From a bacterium (GTDB lineage Bacteria > UBA8248), in assembly GCA_965213685.1 (NCBI GenBank), contig CBDBZY010000055.1:1-18297 (forward strand): a DNA stretch of 18,297 nt, given 5' to 3'. Of this stretch, positions 18,032-18,297 are shown piece after piece. How positions within the stretch are numbered: position 1 is the stretch's first letter; each line of letters opens with the position of its first letter. The notes below the pieces were generated by a model that was not told where the DNA came from, did not search any database, and saw nothing but the letters and a program-made list of their open reading frames with translations. Made by a program: the position numbers and the translations under genes.

Positions 18032-18152
18032 AAAGCGCTCTCTTTGCGGGAGGGAGGGGGGACGCTGGCGTCTTGCGGCGAGCCGTCCCCGCCGGGTTTT
18101 TTCGCGGCGATCGTCAATGTTTCGAACCCCATCAGTTTTGGAGTGCCTGGTT

Positions 18153-18297
18153 ATGAAGGCGGAGATTCATCCGAAGCTATTCGAGTGCAGGGTCTCTTGC
18201 AGCGGCTGCGGCACCGAATTCACCACGTTTTCCACGCGGGATGAAATACGGGTGGAGATTTGCTCGCAGTGCCATCCGTTTTTCACCGGGAAGCAGG
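18153..18297 (+). CDS. rpmE: 50S ribosomal protein L31, zinc-binding (Cys-containing) type; runs off the window end and is absent from the ORF track
   Basis: [48 protein letters not shown] has the MKxxIHP and [12 protein letters not shown] signatures. RBS GGAG. rho-rpmE synteny. Confidence 0.96.
   Translation, partial: MKAEIHPKLFECRVSCSGCGTEFTTFSTRDEIRVEICSQCHPFFTGKQ

Noticed and set aside
18112-18133. TTCGAACCCCATC resembles the tRNA-Gly T-arm TTCGAATCCCATC (12/13), a possible att-site remnant
   Set aside because: There is no integrase, the match does not extend to the tRNA 3' end, and the intervening genes (coaE, rho) are core housekeeping. Probably chance.

Overview
High-GC bacterial chromosomal segment (roughly two-thirds GC by eye). 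All credible genes lie on the + strand. Order: 3' part of ileS, lspA, an orphan membrane-protein gene, RluD-type pseudouridine synthase, a thiolase/3-hydroxyacyl-CoA dehydrogenase/acyl-CoA dehydrogenase trio, gcvT-gcvH-gcvP and a lipoate ligase/octanoyltransferase, tRNA-Gly(CCC), a PHP-family phosphoesterase, an HTH-WYL-WCX regulator, two DUF507-like proteins, coaE, a ~470-nt intergenic leader, rho, and the 5' part of rpmE (L31). ileS, lspA, the thiolase, gcvP, rho and probably the orphan gene are broken by small insertions, mostly in homopolymer runs. These look like uncorrected sequencing errors rather than pseudogenes, and they explain why the supplied ORF track mis-ends these genes. No mobile element, CRISPR array or defence island is visible. 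The most interesting signals are: (i) a WYL regulator that keeps its HTH but has lost the three arginines of its nucleic-acid-sensing motif, in a tRNA-PHP-WYL unit headed by a perfect inverted repeat; (ii) a sigma54-type promoter, rather than a glycine riboswitch, before the glycine-cleavage genes; (iii) a long, structured, repeat-containing rho leader; (iv) non-canonical active-site residues in the acyl-CoA enzymes.
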